This document shows, in pieces, positions 40,306-54,100 of a stretch of DNA of 64,000 nucleotides (the stretch's first letter is position 1; each line of letters begins with the position of its first letter). Made by a program: the position numbers and the translations under genes. Origin of the DNA: Lingula anatina (Eukaryota > Animalia > Brachiopoda); NCBI GenBank assembly GCA_051362555.1, contig CM120645.1, positions 22,816,001 to 22,880,000 on the forward strand, in the 5' to 3' direction. The notes below the pieces were generated by a model that had not been told where the DNA came from, made no database searches, and worked only from the letters and a program-made list of their open reading frames with translations.

Positions 40306-41619
40306 ATGGAGAACCAAAAGACAATACTGGAAGCTTTAGATGGTAAGTTAAAGACCGCCATATTTATTTACAATTCCAAAAAATTTGTAAGACACTCTGA
40401 TCTAGAATGAAATTACGTTTCAATTTTGTTGTCGATTTCAGCCCTCGCGAAGAAGCCAGACAACGATTTTGACATACCGGCTGTTCTAGACCAACATCTT
40501 ATTCGGATTGCTAAAACCGGAGAAACCCTGTAAGTACCTCAAATCTTCAATTAGCCACTCAGAGTTTTATTTTCAGTCGACTGGCTTTTGCGTTTTCCTA
40601 CGAGACAGACGCTAGGAAGATAAACAAAGCGGTTCTAATAATAGAATTCGTGTCAAGTTGAAGGTCGCCGAGTGCTCCAGAACTCTGTTATCTAAGAGAC
40701 AGAAATTATGAGAGTAAATCGTTGGTTTTTCTTGGTCAACACGCGTATGTGTTGTTTCATAAAGCTTATGGAACAGCAGCTTATATAGCAGGGTTGATAC
40801 ATAATTGAGGATAAAGTATGACTTGGATAACTGCTGTGGATATCAGAACTTCAAAACATCACATTCATGCATACAGTAGGTCACATACTGTTTTGGTGTA
40901 GGGTGTTTATGTCGCAGTGCTTCAGTACTTACCATGCTACAGTGCTCAGTGTTATCTAAGAAAGAAAAATAATAAGGCCAGGTTGTTGATTTTTCTATGC
41001 CAACATACAGATGTGCTGTTGCATAAAGTTAATATAGCAAGGTTGATATGTAATGAAGGCTAAAGTACGACTTGGATAACTGCTGTGCCTATAAAGACTT
41101 ACGAACATAACACTGGTATTTAGAATACTTCATTTTGTCACAGCACAATTTATCGTAAGCAACCAATAAGTAAGATGTTGGCAAATAAGATTACCACTGT
41201 GTTTTTCTGCCCTGGAATTAACTCATGTTAACCTTCAAGGTTAAGCTGTCGGAATGTGACAACTAGTTCATTTCTGGAAAGATGTACATTATAGTCCACT
41301 TTGAAATAATTAATTCCAACAATTTACCAAAAGAAGCAACAAATAAATATAAAAAGAAACATTCTAATTTCTTTTAAATATATTACCAGAATTTTCATCT
41401 TCATTTTTCTTCTCTAAAATTAAAATGTTTGGATCAATTTAAATTATGTTTATTATTTTCGATTATATATTGTTTCCATTTTGCGTGGGAAGGGGGAGAG
41501 GATGTGATCCCACAAAATGTTTTTATTTGCTAATTGTGTCATTTACATTAGGATGTTATGAAATAAATTCTATTTCACTCACTCAGAACTGGAAACATAA
41601 TATTTATGATTATGATCAC

Positions 41620-41676
<57 letters not shown>

Positions 41677-44531
41677 CTGATCACGTGTTCATTCCCAGGG
41701 TCCCCTGGCCCAAGCTGAAGACCCTGCTGGTGAAGAAGCTAGACAAGAGTATGGATGACTTCTTTGCCTCGTGTCCTACAGACGAACTGACCCCCCTCCC
41801 TAATGTGGAAAATATACAGTACAGTGAAATCAAACAAAGGGTGCTGAATAGGCTGAAAAGATTTGATGGGTGAGTTTTTTTCTCCTCCTTCACTCTGATG
41901 CTGCCTAAATGGCAGTAACTAATATTAAGGTTTTATTTTTTTGTATTTTGTATTTGTTATATATCGAAGTTGAAAATAAAAAATAATGTTTACAGCTTGC
42001 ATGCAGTGTTTGTGACTAAATATTTTTGTGTAAACATGAGAATGAGGGGGAAAGTTGAAAACCTGACAAGTTGTGATAAGGAATGACATTTTTAATTTTT
42101 TCCCTAAGCAATAAAAAATAAGGTGAAACACAATACCATTACATTTTTCAAGTTCAGAAACAAGGTACATGACATGACCTAACATGACGTTTTTTTTTCA
42201 GTGCTCCTTTCACAATACAGCGTCTATGTGAACTGATAACTGAACCCAAGCTACATTACAAGAGGACAGATAAGTTTATCAGGGGTATTGAAAAGGTACA
42301 CTATGGTCGTGCGCAATCTCTCTCTTCATCTGTTGATTAACTGAGACAAATTACTATGTATTCTCCCAATGAACAGATAATGTAGAAAATTACTGGGTAT
42401 TTTTTAACTAATCATATTATAACAGTTTTTTTTTTTTTTTAATTTGAAATGAATAATAAATTACATTTATGGAATAATAAAATACACAATTAAACATTTC
42501 TCTTGAATTTATCATAAATGTCTGAAGTCCAGAGATACTTGTTCTGAGATGATGTTGACTTTTTATGTACAAATGTTTTAACTGGCTTCTCTCTTGGAAT
42601 ATAAATGAGTTGAGTTACTATGGTTTTGGTTTTTCTTTTTAGAATGTAATGGTAGTAAGCACTGTAGACCAGTATGGGAAGTAAGTACTGATACACTCTG
42701 GAAAATACTCTCCCTTTTTTTTCCTGCAGTTAAAATCATATTGGCATACAGAATATAGGAAACTTGTTTTAAACTACCTGTGTAATGCCTGTTCTCTTTT
42801 TGTTTAAGTTCCGAGTCTGGATCTGCCTTTAGATGATGTGAAAAATTTTGAATAGTTTAAAATGGGTGACGAGGTTTGTTTTGCTCTTGTAAATGGTTTT
42901 AAAGCGCCCTATAAATCTGACTACATATGCAATACTTCAGGTTTATATTCTAACCAATTTTCACCCCTTTCTTTTAGCAAAATTATTGTAGAGCCCAAGT
43001 CTATGGTCAATGGACTTGATGCCAACGGCCACTCAGATGAGTCCAGTCTATTTACCTCTCCCCTGCCGCCCATCAGTTCTCCGGGACTCAACGCAGCCAG
43101 CTGGATGTCTGCCTCCTTTGCCACCAACTACCCACTTCACACCAGCACTGAGGAGGGAGCTACAGCAGAGACATCTACAAATCTGCCATCACAAGACAAG
43201 CTAGAGAACCAAGACAAGCCAAAGACTAGTGAAACTGAAGCCTCATCTAGTAGCGAGTTGGAGAAGTGTGTTGCTGGGGAGGAGAAGGAAGACGTAGGTG
43301 CTAAGGAGTCGGGTGATTCTACTGTTGCTGGTGAAAATTTGGAAGAATTGCAAGTTGATGAGAAAGGGGACACCGTCAAACTAAGCCTTGCTCACTGGCC
43401 ACAGAGCTCCCTGGAGAAGAACGAGCAGGCAGAAAATGAGAAAGGGACTGGTGAATGTGTAATGGGAGAAGGTGAGTTAACAAAAACAAGAAAATCATAG
43501 ACTGGGTTCCCATGCCTAGATCGATCCATCTGGATCAGTCTGACTCCCTGGGGAGTCTCACTAAATTGCTGTCACCTTAACCAGCTTAAATGTCTGTCAT
43601 GCCTACCAAATCAGCTAGTGTAAAAATAATTACCCCCTAACAGCTTTACTAGGCGTGACATACATTTAAGCCAGTCAAGTTGATAGCAATTTAGTGAGAC
43701 TCCCCAGGGAGATAGATCGGTCCAAATATCTGTGGGAATGGTCCCTTAGACACCCTCAATTTACTTACCAGTAGAAGTATACCTGGACTATACGATCAAC
43801 TTATAGTTGTAATTTCTAAGGCAAGAAAGACTTTCTTGTCTTTAAATGGTGGAATTCATTTCTCAAGAATATATCAATTAGTTCTATTTTTTATTTCATG
43901 CTTAATGAAATGATAATTATGGCAGTAAATATTGATCATCAGCCATCAGAAGATGTTGCAAACCATACTCACTTTGTACTTAATTTTCATTGAAGGGGTC
44001 CAGAAAGAGCCGACACCTGACAGCAGCAGTCCAATCACAACCTCAGAAAAGTCTAGCTATCACCAAGAACCTAACGAGGCTGATTCCACCAATACAGCTA
44101 CCAATTCATCTGAATTAAAGGACCAATCACAATCCACTAGTGAAGAAAGTATCGGCCAATCAGATACTCATTCAGAATTAGTTAATATTATTCAGTCTAG
44201 TGATGACATTTCCAGCCAATCAAATGATGCCATACAAATGGACATGCCAGAATCCAACCAATCAGGATCAGGCTCTGATGAGAACTCGAGAGAATGTGAA
44301 GAGCCTCCCAGAAAAATGCAAAGGACAGACTCTGACGAGACAGAGGGTTTTTCAATGTCTTTAGATTCCAGTTCAGAAGATGACGGCACAAGTTTAAAAT
44401 CCTCTGAAGATCAGAAAAATATATCAGACAAGAATTCAGAGCAGTTAACAGATGTAACTAGTACTTCTCAGTCTAGAGAGCTAGAAAAAGCAGTGACAGA
44501 AAATACATGTGAAGCTATGGATACTGACTAA
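40306..44531 (+). CDS. PPP4R2: Serine/threonine-protein phosphatase 4 regulatory subunit 2, ~485 aa, 7 exons
   Basis: Exons 40306-40342, 40442-40529, 41699-41869, 42202-42295, 42643-42680, 42978-43471, 43996-44531 total 1458 nt. Motifs [21 protein letters not shown] and [15 protein letters not shown]...[17 protein letters not shown], then a long acidic tail. AATAAA near 45860 and 45875. Confidence 0.95.
41622..41672. repeat. (AT)n microsatellite
   Basis: Direct reading. Confidence 0.95.
43504..43746. mobile_element. Palindromic MITE, family A copy 2
   Basis: CTCCCTGGGGAGTCTCACTAAATTGCTGTCA / TGATAGCAATTTAGTGAGACTCCCCAGGGAG arms; shares TAATTACCCCCT core with 1682-1907. Confidence 0.8.
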
Positions 44532-45994
44532 GATTTTATCAGAATTGAAATTGTATTATAGAGAATTGAGATATTATTTAATAATTGAGAGATACCTCTA
44601 GTTAAAATATTGTGTTTAAATCATTTTTAAAGTAAATTTGTTGTAAGACAATGAGTTGTGAAAAAAAGGTGTCGTGAGTCAGGGACATCATTAGATTATT
44701 TCCAATATAAGAAAGTGCAAAGCTCGAGTGGTTAGGTAAATGGAAAATTGCTGAAGCATATAAGGAAGTCAAGAAAAGCAAGTGGAAGGTACAAGTCCTT
44801 TATGAGATGTCAGCAAAGATAAAGGAGTTGTCAGCTTTATGTTAGCTGTTGTATTTCAGTAGATTTCATACGTAAAAGTTTCAACAGATAATTCCATCCG
44901 TTACATCCGCAAAACCTCTTACATTTTAATACCAGGATAATAATGATTTGAATATTAATTAGTTAGTTGACCTTCTTTGGCTCTGGTACAGCTTTAAGCT
45001 GGTTGTTCTACAGTGTCTTAAATCTGTGTTAATTTTGTTGGTTCATTTGTGGGTTCTCGGTGTTTGTAATTTGTTTTCATGCATACGAATTCAGTATCTT
45101 GTTTGAAATCCTTGGATGGGATTGGGGGTGGGAGGGGGCTCTGTTCAGATTAATTTATGATAACAAATATGAAAAAACAAGTATTAGTGAATTCTCCTTT
45201 TTCTGAAGAAAAATGAGAAATTAGGAATTTTTAACCGTGTATTAAAAACTGCTAATGTTATTGAAGGAAGTTGCTTGACTTCTCTGCCAGTATCATTACT
45301 TAATTTCACACCATGTTTTACTGTTACATCATCATGGCTACTTTTTATATGTCGTAGATCTGGCCAAAAATGTATACTTATGTGACATGATTGATATAAA
45401 TAATGAACATTTTCTCAGGTAAACACATTGAAATGATATTCGGTAATCATTATGAAAAAATTCTTGTTTCTGAATATATTTGCTGCTGTTTGGGGAAGAT
45501 ATCTCTCCTGTTTCATCCAACTTGTCATCGATTCAGAATGTTTATCTGGTAGAGATGTCGAGCTTTTGATTACATGGAAGTTTTATTTGTAAGAAGAATT
45601 ATGATCTCAACGACACTACTTATAATAGCAGCAAATATATATGCAGGTGCCTACATTTCTCATGGGACAGTGACATATTTCTCATGGGATAATTCTCATT
45701 AGATAAGTGGGATACTTTGGTCAGATGGTACAAGAAAAAAGATCGAAGAAACTGAACAATATCCTCAAAATTATTTGTAGGCGAAAACATTGAGGAGTAA
45801 ACTGTTATATCCCTAAAAATGCCACACATGAAAATTATTATGTTCTTGTATTTTGTAGAAATAAATTCATTTTAAATAAAACTTGGTTTCAGATTGTGGA
45901 TTCATTTATATTTTTGTCAAAGGTGTTGTTTAGAATGAGGTTAAAAGACTATGCACCTCCTTTGGTTTCCAACATACTCGTAAAACGACCAGCT

Positions 45995-46539
45995 TTTCCA
46001 GGCCTACCCAACTAGGATCCTGAATTAACCGGTATATCGGGCCACGCTACCCGTTTTCAAGGTGTGTGTCAGATCGCATTTCGGAGTATCAGCCAGAACA
46101 CCGACAGGATGAGCCCTGGCATGCTCGGCTGTCACCTTGATTGGATAGTAAATCATTGTCGTAATTCGCTATATGATTTTAAAACCGGGTGCATAAATTT
46201 GAAAGCCACCTAGATGAACCTTAGACTGCCACATTAATCTAATACAATGCAAAAAAAAACGCCCTATCAAAAGTGGTCAAAACATTCAAACCGAATGTCG
46301 TTAAGTCCCCATATATCCCCATTGAGACAATTAAATAGAGTACTCTAAAGTAAGAGTACAGTTTATGGTTGTTCAGCCGAGCGTGGATGAGCCTGCAGTC
46401 ATGCTACAAAATTTGTTCTGGGGTATGATACTCCGAAATGCGATCTGACACATACCTTGAAAACGGGTAGCGTGGTCCGATATACCGGTTAATTCAGGAT
46501 CCTTAGGTGCCGAGTCTGGTAGTTGGGTAGGCCTGGAAA
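45995..46539. mobile_element. Foldback/MITE with ~110-140 bp near-perfect inverted arms
   Basis: TTTCCAGGCCTACCCAACTA.GGATCCTGAATTAACCGGTATATCGG...CAGATCGCATTTCGGAGTATCA is mirrored at 46416-46539. Confidence 0.88.
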
Positions 46540-47020
46540 CGCATTAAGATATATCTACGCACGATAGGCTCCTCGCGGATAAATGACCATATGATTTTAA
46601 GTGCCTGGTGGGCTTTCAGTGACAAATTTCAGACCTCAACTCTTAGGGCAGGTAAATCATCAATGGGGGGGGGGTCTAATATAAATGAAACGGCATGTAC
46701 CTCTGAATAATTGAAAAATAATCTATATTTAACTTTTTATAGTTTTATATAATTCAGTATTTGGAGAGAAAATATAAAAACTATCAGTGAATTGGCAGAG
46801 ATTTATTAATGACTTATGTAAGGATATAATCTTCATCTCAACTTTTATAATTCATCATTTTTCATTCGATCAGCTGGATACTAGTATTTCAGTGCTTTGG
46901 TCTTTACGCTAAACTTGATATAATCTGGAATACAAATGTAGTCTCTGGCAATTCAGTTATTCTCGAGCGGATCATGCCCACAGTTCAATTTCTTGGTTGC
47001 GCTCAACGACCGTGAAATCT

Positions 47021-47551
47021 CTAACAAGTGATAGACACCGTAAAGGTCCCTTCTCTGGTGTCGTACCCGTACACACCTATTGCATACGTTCCAATGGCTA
47101 GCTCTCCTTCGGGAATCTGAATCAAAGAGGTGTAACCAGAACACCTGTTGTCGTAGTCGTTATAGTACAGACTGTACTCTTGGTAGATGTTGCATGTCTG
47201 ACTCCCACCGGATTCAGTATTAGACAACGCATCACAGGCAAAAAGAGCCAGCTTTGTGTCGTAGTCGGCGGTGTTACATGTGGATATAATGACATCGTTG
47301 CACCCGGTGTAGCTGATGTAGTATCGCAACTGTGCCAAATTGACGGCGACAAATTGATGGCTGTCGGTGAAGGTGTAAGCTGTACCATCACACGTGACTT
47401 GTTGAACATCCGCTGAAAGTGACAAATATACATATTTTAAGTTTCACATTGCCCACCAAAATGAACATTTAAGTACTTATAATAATTTATTCAGCCATTA
47501 TATAATATATATAGGAAAATGGATTATGTAAGAGCTATAATAATAATAATA

Positions 47552-47602
<51 letters not shown>

Positions 47603-49862
47603 ATATACCAAAAATAATAATAATAAAGTTTAAAACGTGGATATAAGACGATTTTTAATAATTTTAATTTTATTATGTTAAAACATAATATACTAAATAG
47701 ACAGTAAGTAAACATTTGGAAAAGCACAACGGTAAGCTACGTAGCTATGAGACCACAAACAACTCGATATATCGTCGTTTTTTCCTATTTATTTTCTTTT
47801 TCTACACACTGGTAAGTGCTTTACAAAATATCATACTTACGACACTGTGTTGTAAGTTCAGCTGAAAATTGATAACAAGAGATATGTAAGAAAAGGCTCA
47901 TTAATATTTTACAAACAAATAATCTATATATTGCAAAACTTCTGCCAGCACATATGAGTAAAGAACTTAAGTCTGTTAACATCAAAACACACACACACTC
48001 ACAAACACACACACACACACCAATTCCCAATCACATTAACTTGTTTTATCTATTCGCTAAACTTTTTGAACGAGTCTCCATGTATTATGTGGACCGTAAG
48101 CTAATATCCACTACCGCAATTTTTTCAATTATGATAAAAACATAATTTAGTTAGCTTGTAATAAATAGTAATAGATAGGAAGCAAACTGCATGTCAAATT
48201 AATCTAGTTTTTACGTTATACTTACGACATGCCAGTGGCTCTAGGAGAAAAAATAAAAGAAAGCAATATTATACATTACGGAATATCAGCCGAATAATAA
48301 ATGTGGGGGTATCATCATTAGCGCTGCAGTAAAACATATATGGGATTCCATGATAACTATTGTTTGGTGATAAAATAAGTGCAATCAAGGGGTAAAAAAC
48401 ATAGCAGAGGAAATATTTTTGTTGAATAATACCAAAAGAAAAAATGGGCATTTATTAGAAAAAGAATAAAAACTGAATAGCAAACTTCTTTGTTACAATA
48501 TTCAGTTTTTAATTTATGTTACAATACGCGTTGATTTTTACACACACACACCTACAATAATAATAAAAAAAGTGTTGCGATTCACCTATAAATGCACATT
48601 GTATTGATATTTGCAAATGCGCTTAATGCAATAGACATTGTTATGAAAGTCCTCACCTTCTGGAACACAAATACAGGACCAGGGCTTGGGGCAAGGTGCA
48701 ATACCTTGGCTATTTGGACTCGGGGTATTCTTGCAGCGAGTCACGTTGTTTTTTTCAATCCTGCAGCACCTTGTATTGTTCCCGCATAAAGGTGGCATAT
48801 CGGTCGTTGCTATAAAATAAAAAGGGAGAATTAATAGACAAATTAAAATTCGGTAATTCATGGATGGCTAAAGCATGAGCAGTTGACGGTTTACCTTCCA
48901 AGAAATGACAGAATATTTTGTCTTTACGAGGATTTAGGAACTCCAAATTTTCATAAATTCTCGTCACATTACTTCAGATGGTTCTAAACGATTCTCTAAT
49001 CCTCCATATATCTCGAAAAGTATGTAGGTTTCAACCCCTCCTCTTTTCCTAATGGTACTTAATATCGAATCCAAAGAGGAAATTCAAATGTTTGTTGGGT
49101 ACAAAATGGAGTTAGCCAACTACAGAGCATGTCTACCGTGACAAGCAAATCTGGATCTCCCCGCTCTTAGAGGCATTTATATGGAAATGGTGGCTTCCAA
49201 AACAGCAAAGATTATTAAAGATACTGCTCACCCTGCGTATGAAATTTTCAATTGTAGACTTTTATCTTTTAGACGTAGACTAACGAAGCAAACTGCTTTG
49301 AAGTTTTTATCCAACCGCTACATCTTTCTTTAATAGTATGACATAATTTTTACCGATTACTCTAAACTTTTTTCTTTTCATTAATTTAATCATGCATAAA
49401 TCCAAGATGGTGAAAAAGTTTCCGTTTTATGTGTATTTTTTTACAATAAATTTAGGCTAACAATGGTTGAATAACTTGATCATTATTATTGTTATTATAA
49501 TTGCAAACTGGTAGGCCGTGAATTTAGTACATGTCGGATCACATGGAAAGAATTATTAATTTAAGGCCGAACTGTAAAATGTTTAAAATCATAATGCCGT
49601 CGAAATAGGGACTAATAAAATGACGTTTGCTTTTCTAAATAACATCGACTAGACCAAGTGACTAAATATAATTTGCTTTGCATTGTGTACATCTTCCAAT
49701 ATTTTCAAAGGTTTGACTTCTCCTTTGCCAGTCATGACAACTTGAAACCATATCATCCATCTTTGAAATAATAATAAAAAAGTTTTTGTACTTACGGGCA
49801 CCATCGACAGCACATAGTGACACCGCCATCAAAACAAGACAAAGGGCCATTGGACTGGTCAT
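47021..49862 (-). CDS. Secreted protein, ~208 aa: signal peptide + Cys-rich module + PPC (bacterial pre-peptidase C-terminal)-like beta domain
   Basis: Exons 49862-49796 (MTSPMALCLVLMAVSLCAVDGA), 48809-48657 (C-x5-CC-x9-C-x13-C-x5-CxC), microexon 48240-48226, and 47412-47021 (ISTCNTADYDTKLALF...NDYDNRC..TSLI...GTYAIGVYGY...GTFTVSITC*). All introns are phase 1; total 627 nt. AATAAA at ~46802 on the minus strand. Confidence 0.8.
47537..47602. repeat. (AAT)n/(ATT)n microsatellite
   Basis: Direct reading; source of the poly-Ile ORF. Confidence 0.9.
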
Positions 49863-49945
49863 CTTCACCTTCAAATGATAGTTCTGAAGCTGCTGAATTG
49901 ATTTCTGGCAAAATGTTGATCTACTGGTTGTCAGAGACGACTGTG

Positions 49946-50090
49946 GATCTGATAATAAGTTCAATATACTCGTAATTTTATAGACAATTCTCAATGTTGG
50001 CTGTCATTTACTGTTTGAGAAGAATTAACCAATCAGTAGCTTGCGAAAGGGAATTTTCCCTCTGCGAATTCCCTTACTGTCCAATAAAAT
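49946..50090 (-). promoter_or_regulatory. Core and proximal promoter of the secreted-protein gene
   Basis: Minus-strand TATAAAA at 49982-49976 and Inr-like TCAGAT ~30 bp downstream; AACCAATCAG at 50027; C/EBP-like TTGCGAAA at 50041; kB-like GGGAATTTTCCC at 50049-50060 and GCGAATTCCC at 50064-50073. Confidence 0.65.
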
Positions 50091-51007
50091 TATCTGCATC
50101 TTAATTTTTAGTGTGTTTAATTATCATAATAATCTAAATTTCGGTTTTTGCACCCTCATTTTTGCAACCCCCACACTTTTTGTACCTAAATGATCGTCTT
50201 GTAAGATATGCTGATAGACCTGCATTTCAATCTTCTGTTACACCCAGAATATGTAATAAAACACTCCAAATAACAGCTCACGGAAAGGAGTTGCTTTAAC
50301 GAATTTAAATTGAGATTAAAATTGACTGTCGTGAATATCTTATACCAAGCATCATCTATAAAAAGGGGACAGATTGCTGGTCAAATTTACCATGTTTATA
50401 TAGTCCATCTTTGTTCTTTACTATAATTTCTCGTGACAAGTTCATTTCACTTGATAGTTATTTCCACTATACCTATATCGTTGGACTTGACAGGCATAGC
50501 GGAATTATGGAATCTTTCTGCGTTCATGTTTTTGTTTATTTTTGTAAGTGGCCGCCAATATGAGTTGATAGTGGACAAATATAAAAAGAGGATTTTACTT
50601 TGATCATACTGAAATCGCAGACGGAATATTCTGATGAAATAGTCTACCATTTTTGCGAAAGTGAAGAAAACGTACTAGCCGACCCAGAAAAAACAAGGAG
50701 AGGAAAGAAAACATGTACATTAGAATACAGATAATATCTCTGGTTAAGAGAACAGAAACTTACAATGAGTAAAATTATTGATGTCACCCCCCCCTCCCAA
50801 CCTAGAAAAACAAAGATTGGGCCACAAAAAAGAGGAAAAAATACACTAGGACATAGAACATATCTAGGGTTAATTCCACGATAATTATTTATTTCAATTT
50901 TACCCGCATTATCTGTTTTCGGGGGAAAAGGATTTTGTTAAAAATGCAGCACAAAAACAGGGTCGAAACTTACAACGAGTTAAATTATTGCTGTCAATCC
51001 CCCCCCC

Positions 51008-51054
<47 letters not shown>

Positions 51055-51134
51055 CAAGTCTTCGGTTGTTGGGTACTCTTTAGAATAAGACTTGCAGATT
51101 TTAAAATGTTTATTGTGACCCACACTTTTTGTAA

Positions 51135-54100
51135 TTCATATTTTCTCAAGAAAATGCAAAGGCTTTCAAAAGAGCTGTACGCAATATTAATGGGCAGGTT
51201 TTTCCTAAAATCAGTACAAAACTTAGATAATAAAGATATCACACAAGAAGATAACTGGCTACCGAACACAAGCTTAAATATATTCTCGGTAGTTTATAAA
51301 GGGCCATTTTCGCAAATGTACAACTCATATGGTGGTGGTGAGGGGGGGGGTGTTAATGTCTTTGGCACGCTTTTGAAATAATGATAAAAAAATCGTGATC
51401 TCCTCAGCTCCCCAAAAGGCTCTTGCATAGGTCACCATTTTTAACTTTTCACTCGGATAGGGTTGGACGAGGGTATTGTGAGCCTTCTCTTTGTAGATCG
51501 AAAAATGACAATAAAACGGGTGACCCTAACACCACCCGCTTCTCTTTCTCTCCTTCATAACTCTAGGAAGCAAGGTTTTCTTATAAATGGAAGCCATTCT
51601 GCACTTAAATTTATTCACAACAGATAATAACTTTAGGCTATCACTGGCAATACCTGCATAATGACATCAATATGAAAAAGTACAGTAAAAATTATTTTAC
51701 TGTAAAAAAATAAATACTAAAAAATATCGGGTAACAAAATTCCCTTTTGCTCTCAAGCTCCGAGCAAGCGTGATAGAAACTAGATCTGAGGAGTGACAAG
51801 ACACGAGCTGGAATCACAAGGTTCCCCCTCTCTCTCGTCTTTCAATAAAGTATCTGCTTTAATTCACGCATTGGTGTAAATGAGTATAACAGAGAGGAAA
51901 ATAAGAATGAGCTCGAGTTCATTCATGGCTATACTACAGATTCTCCCTAATCCATACTGTACCAGGGTCACAGATTGATTTTTATCGCACACGACGATGG
52001 CGATGGTTTTATTGAAACAGATTACAAGTATTTAATCAAATTCTACGCAAATGCCATAATGCGTTTAAGTACTAGTATAATTATATAACCACTGATTTTG
52101 TGTGCCGGTCTATTTGAATTACGCCAGTTTGTGCGTGTTCGGCTTATTATGAATGGACGGACACAAGAAGAACGCAGTTTATCCACCACCCCTGTTGTCT
52201 AGCACAGAATTTCATTCCAGCGCTCTCTTTCTCTCTCTCCATCTGCACGTGCATGGTAGTATTCCCTTTGTCCGTATTTTTGCAACTGCACATTATTTCT
52301 CATATGTTGAAATGATATTCGTATTACTTATGCTCATAGAGGCACGTTTATTATATTTTAAGGCCAAGAAAAAGTATGACTAAAAGCAACTTGCAATATA
52401 TTAATACTCAAATAGCTATAAGCAGACACCTGTTGCTCGAACAGTGAAGCATGCATCCAAGCTTTCTTTGCATAAAAAATGAACCAAATGTCCAGTCACC
52501 TCACCTTTGAAGGAAAAGAGACTATTGGAAATTTGGTTTTAATCGCTTGGACATAGCATTTCCTAAATGTTTACTGATAATAAGATGGAGTTGCTTAAAT
52601 ATCATTGGTTCATATTACTATTTTTCAACTTACAATCATTGGTTAGAAATCTACCATTCTCTGAAGGTGAAATTGTTTTATCTGCCAAAACGTTAACTTT
52701 AACATTTTTTTTGCACTTCGCAACACCTTTATAGCCTACATGGACGAATCCGTTAACTGTAAAAGAAAACCATCAAAATGAAGTTGACACCACAAAAGTA
52801 ATAGAAAGAGCTTACCCATTTTTCCTGATGCTTCTTTGTCAGAGTTAGACTTATAATAATAGTAATAAAAAATAATTATGGTAAACTTTATAAGCCCTGT
52901 TTTTAATTTAATTAAAGATGTGACGAAGTAAGGTATTTTTTCACTAACTGTACATGTACATCCTAACCTACGGCAGTGTGGAGCATTCATATAATGACTT
53001 TTGTTTGGACCTTATACATTTTGAAAAAAATGCCGGAGCCGGATTATATTTGTATCATGCTCAAATATTTAACATTATTTTGCATTTTTCACATATAATA
53101 ACAAAACAATAATTTAAACCAACAAAATTGTTGTTGATCATTCCACAGCAGTTATTACTGGGTTCAGTGAGTTTTTGTAAATGTTCTCTAGAACTTAAAT
53201 CCCCCTTCATTACAAAGTTAACTATGAGGAGGCACACAATTCACAATTTGATTTGTTCTTTCATATATTCTTAAGAAAATGAAGATATATATTTTAATAA
53301 GCTGTACACAATATTAATGAGCAGTTTTTTTCCTAAAATCTGAACCAAACTTAGTTAAATTTGATAACACACGACGAGATAACTGGCTACGGGACATAAG
53401 GTTAAAATATATTCAGGCTAGTTGGTAAGGGGTCATTGTCGCAATTCTACAACGCATATGCTGGGGGGGGAGGTTAAAGTATTCGGCAAGCTTGTGAGAT
53501 AATGATAAAAAAATCATTAACTCTTCAGCTCCACACAGGGGGTCTGGCAAAGGTCACTATTTTTAGCAGATTGGGGTGGGGAGGATATTGAGAGAGGCTT
53601 CTTTGTGTAGACGAGTAAAATGGATGGCCTTTAAGCACCCCATTCTCTTTTTCTCTTTCAACATTCGAAGAAACACAACCTCTAATATCCGTGTAAAATG
53701 GAAAGCATTCTACACTTAAAATTTTTCACAACAGATAATAAGTTTATGCTATTTCTGGCAATATCTGCATAATGACATCAATATGAAAAAGTAAAACAAA
53801 AATTAATGTACTGTAAAAAGTAATAAAAAAGATGCAAAAATTTAGGGTAACAGAATTTCCTTTTGTTCGCAAACTCCGAGCAATCGTGATGGAAACTAGA
53901 TCGGAGAATCACAAGGCAAAAGCTGGATACACAAGCCCCCCCCCCCCCCCATCCCTCTCTCTCTCTCTCTCATCTTATAATAATGTATCTGTTTTACTTT
54001 ACACCATCATTTCAATCTACAGTATTTCTCTATAGTTTACATAATTTTTGGGATATAATCAAACGCAAAAGACAAACTGGTTAATTTCACTTAACATTTT

